A stretch of 55,545 nucleotides of DNA from NCBI GenBank assembly GCA_038065295.1, contig JBBTRG010000005.1, positions 1-55,545 on the forward strand, in the 5' to 3' direction. Every line of letters begins with the position of its first letter. Within the stretch, counting starts at the first letter, position 1. Shown here piece by piece: positions 53,317 to 55,545 of the stretch. The translations under genes and the position numbers were made by a program. The stretch is from Patescibacteria group bacterium. GTDB lineage: Bacteria > Patescibacteriota > Minisyncoccia > JACROR01. The notes under the pieces are model-generated. The model had not been told where the DNA came from. It saw only the letters and a program-made list of their open reading frames with translations, and made no database searches.

Positions 53317-55145
53317 AGTTGAATCTTATATTGCTTGGCCCATATTTGAAAGGTTAAAATCGCCCATAAAATATTAACATTGTATGCTTTGGAATTTTTA
53401 TGATCTTCCAGAATGCGCGCAATTTCATCCCATTTAAAAATAGAGCGCGTGGCCTCGCAATAATCCGGTGAAAGCGCGAAGCGCGCCATTTCATAAATGC
53501 GCGGACGCCGCAGCCATTTGGCGCCCGGAGAAAACCATCCGCGCTTGGGCTCATGAAAAAGAAAATCCGGAATCCTGCCGCGGAATGCTTCTTTCAAAAT
53601 AATCTTAGTTCCGAACAGGCTAACTTTGTATTTTAACGGCAATCGCGCGGCAAACTCCACCAAATCCTTGTCCAAGATCGGCACTCTCGCTTCCAGTCCC
53701 GCGGACATGGACGCCTTATCAGTCATCATCAAAGAAAAATCGGGAAGCCAACTTCTCCTATCCGTATCCATAAACAACTCCTCAAAATTTCCCAAACGCT
53801 TGCCCGCAAAATATTTATTTTCAAAAAAATTCGCTGAAATATTCGTGTTTAAAAACTCATCCCTTACAACTCTTTTCAAAATCCCGTCTTTTTGGAACAT
53901 GAAAAGCGCGAATCTTTCAACGCCTGCGGGAGTGTCCAATTTTCTCAATTTATCGCTGGAATCCAGTAGTTTTCTCAAAAATTTAGGCAACTTTTGATAA
54001 TAATCCGCCGCAAGCGACATACGATACCTGTCATAACCGCCAAAAAGCTCGTCTCCTCCATCCCCTCCCAAAACCACCGTGGCGGTTCTTTTGGAGAACG
54101 CGGCTAATTTCATCATTGCCAGAATAGTTGGATTGGAGATCGGCTCATCCAAATGCCACACGGCGTTCTCCAAATTGTCTAGAACATCCTGTTCCGACAA
54201 CGTAACCTCATGATGGTTGGTGCGGTAATGCGCAGCGGTTTTGCGCGCCAAATAAAAATCCTGGTTGAATTTCTCCCGCCCCTCCGCCTCCTCCAACTCA
54301 AAGCCAGCGGAAAAAGTATCTATATTGCCACGATCTTCCGCCACGCAATCCAAAACGACGCTTGAGTCTATGCCCCCGGAAAGATAAATGCCCAAAGGCC
54401 GGTCCGAAACCAACTGATTTTTTACGGAACGCGTCACTCTGCCACGAAGCTCTTCAGCAAGCTCACTTTTGCTTTCGGCGAGCATCGTGCCGGCATCCAG
54501 CTCCCAATATTTATGTATGCTTAAATTACCGTTTTTCAAAACAGCAGAATGCGCTGGCGGTAATTTATAAATCCCCTCAAACATGGTCAGCGGCTCCGGC
54601 ACATAAAGTACCCGCAAATAATGGTTGAACGCTTCTTTGTTTAAAACACGCGGCACGCCATGCTCCAAAATGGCCTTAATTTCGGAAGAAAAAATAAACT
54701 TTTTGCCGTCCCAAAAATAATAAAACGGCTTAACGCCAATCTGATCGCGCGCCATAAAAAGCTCCCGCCGCTTTGTATCCCAGATCGCAAACGCGAATAT
54801 GCCGCTTAATTTTTTTACGCAATCATGACCCCACTTTAAGTAAGCCGCAAGAATTACCTCCGTATCACTGGAAGTGTTGAAGCAATAAAAATCGCCGAGC
54901 TCTTTTTTAATATCCTGAAAATTATAAATCTCCCCGTTAAAAACCACGATTAAATTGCCGTCCGCACTTTGCATGGGTTGGCCAGCGGACATGCTCAAAT
55001 CAATGATACTCAAGCGGTTGTGCCCCAACGAAACACCCTCTTTGCAAAACACGCCAGTGCCGTCAGGTCCGCGATGACGCGTAGCGGTATTCATTCTGGA
55101 TATTAAATTTTCATCCCGGAAATTAAATCCGTTGATCGCGCACAT
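53313..55145 (-). CDS. asnB: asparagine synthase (glutamine-hydrolysing) family amidotransferase
   Basis: An N-terminal MCAINGF (Ntn Cys2) and a PP-loop YLSGGIDSS; 610 aa. Confidence 0.9.
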   Translation of the reverse strand: MCAINGFNFRDENLISRMNTATRHRGPDGTGVFCKEGVSLGHNRLSIIDLSMSAGQPMQSADGNLIVVFNGEIYNFQDIKKELGDFYCFNTSSDTEVILAAYLKWGHDCVKKLSGIFAFAIWDTKRRELFMARDQIGVKPFYYFWDGKKFIFSSEIKAILEHGVPRVLNKEAFNHYLRVLYVPEPLTMFEGIYKLPPAHSAVLKNGNLSIHKYWELDAGTMLAESKSELAEELRGRVTRSVKNQLVSDRPLGIYLSGGIDSSVVLDCVAEDRGNIDTFSAGFELEEAEGREKFNQDFYLARKTAAHYRTNHHEVTLSEQDVLDNLENAVWHLDEPISNPTILAMMKLAAFSKRTATVVLGGDGGDELFGGYDRYRMSLAADYYQKLPKFLRKLLDSSDKLRKLDTPAGVERFALFMFQKDGILKRVVRDEFLNTNISANFFENKYFAGKRLGNFEELFMDTDRRSWLPDFSLMMTDKASMSAGLEARVPILDKDLVEFAARLPLKYKVSLFGTKIILKEAFRGRIPDFLFHEPKRGWFSPGAKWLRRPRIYEMARFALSPDYCEATRSIFKWDEIARILEDHKNSKAYNVNILWAILTFQIWAKQYKIQL

Positions 55146-55224
55146 ATAAATTTGCTGTGGATTCTAAAATTACCGCGTCCAAAACCTCACGCGCAAATAA
55201 TTCATATATTGCTCCACAAAATTT

Positions 55225-55545
55225 TTATGAAAATAAATTAAACCTCACAATATGCCAGATGGCAGCTAAGCCATCCTTCCAATTTATTTTTTTGCCCTCA
55301 TTGTAGGTGCGGCCGTAATATGAAATGCCGACTTCGTACACTCGCCATTTGCCTTTAGCGACGCGTGCCGTCAATTCCGGCTCTATGCCGAATTTTTTGG
55401 ATTGTAATTTGTCCTTGAAACTGTCCGTCACTTCACGGCTAAAAACCTTATAGCAAGTCTCCATATCGGTTAAGTTTAGACCTGTGAACAAGTTGGACAA
55501 CAACGTCAAAAAACGATTCGCTAAATAATGTACGGCATAAAGCAC
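55225..55545 (-). CDS. C-terminal part of a GT2 glycosyltransferase (5' end outside window)
   Basis: The reading frame is open to the window edge. LTDMETCYKVFSREV and FGIEPELT are typical of the GT2 C-terminal half. Confidence 0.55.
   Translation of the reverse strand: MLYAVHYLANRFLTLLSNLFTGLNLTDMETCYKVFSREVTDSFKDKLQSKKFGIEPELTARVAKGKWRVYEVGISYYGRTYNEGKKINWKDGLAAIWHIVRFNLFS

Noticed and set aside
1-55545. A search for mobile elements, CRISPR arrays, tRNA/rRNA genes, toxin-antitoxin or defence systems, and for stop-codon recoding.
   Set aside because: I saw no integrase, transposase or recombinase motifs, no regularly spaced direct repeats, and no GC-rich structured intergenic segment long enough for a tRNA. 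TGA, TAA and TAG all terminate well-defined genes, including ATGA overlaps, so the standard bacterial code fits.

Overview
This is an AT-rich, very gene-dense 55.5-kb window. It holds about 50 credible genes, roughly 46 on the minus strand, and many are joined by ATGA-type 1-8 nt overlaps. Almost the whole window is one cell-surface glycan biosynthesis and modification island. Composition and gene content suggest an uncultivated small-genome bacterium (CPR/Patescibacteria-like), but that is inference only. I found no rRNA, tRNA, CRISPR array, transposase or integrase, and no recognisable defence genes.

Gene content from left to right:
- Two secreted Thr/Asn/Gly-rich proteins.
- A Wzy_C (O-antigen-ligase-like)-TPR fusion.
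- A dTDP-6-deoxyhexose branch (RmlA, RmlB, a C-methyltransferase and a 4-reductase, with no RmlC), followed by a GT2/GT-C pair.
- A pseudaminic-acid-type nonulosonic acid operon (PseB, PseC, PseH, PseI). It lacks PseG. It also carries a FemABX-like transferase, a Gfo/Idh/MocA oxidoreductase, a class-III aminotransferase and a cytidylyltransferase-DUF218 fusion.
- A stand-alone B12-radical SAM gene.
- A NeuC/NeuB/NeuA-type pathway bracketed by two paralogous KpsS/KpsC-like proteins, with an MsbA-type ABC exporter alongside.
- A GC-rich, foreign-looking GT-B-like gene.
- A methyltransferase-rich block.
- A self-contained GDP-D-glycero-alpha-D-manno-heptose module (transaldolase, GmhA, HddA, GmhB, HddC), with an aminotransferase, an oxidoreductase and a second B12-radical SAM enzyme.
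- A GtrA/GT-C/LAB_N/GT2 module.
- An MFS protein, a methyltransferase, an AsnB and a truncated GT2.

Most interesting observations:
- G10 and G8 homopolymers lie inside two glycan methyltransferase genes. This is a contingency-locus style signal of phase variation.
- The Pse-type operon lacks PseG and has extra enzymes, including one that may be tRNA-dependent.
- The Neu-type block has a capsule-like (K1/group-2-like) gene logic.
- The heptose branch appears to carry amino and/or C-methyl modifications.
- The Wzy_C-TPR protein sits next to candidate glycoprotein substrates.

All family assignments come from motif recognition by eye. No database search was run.
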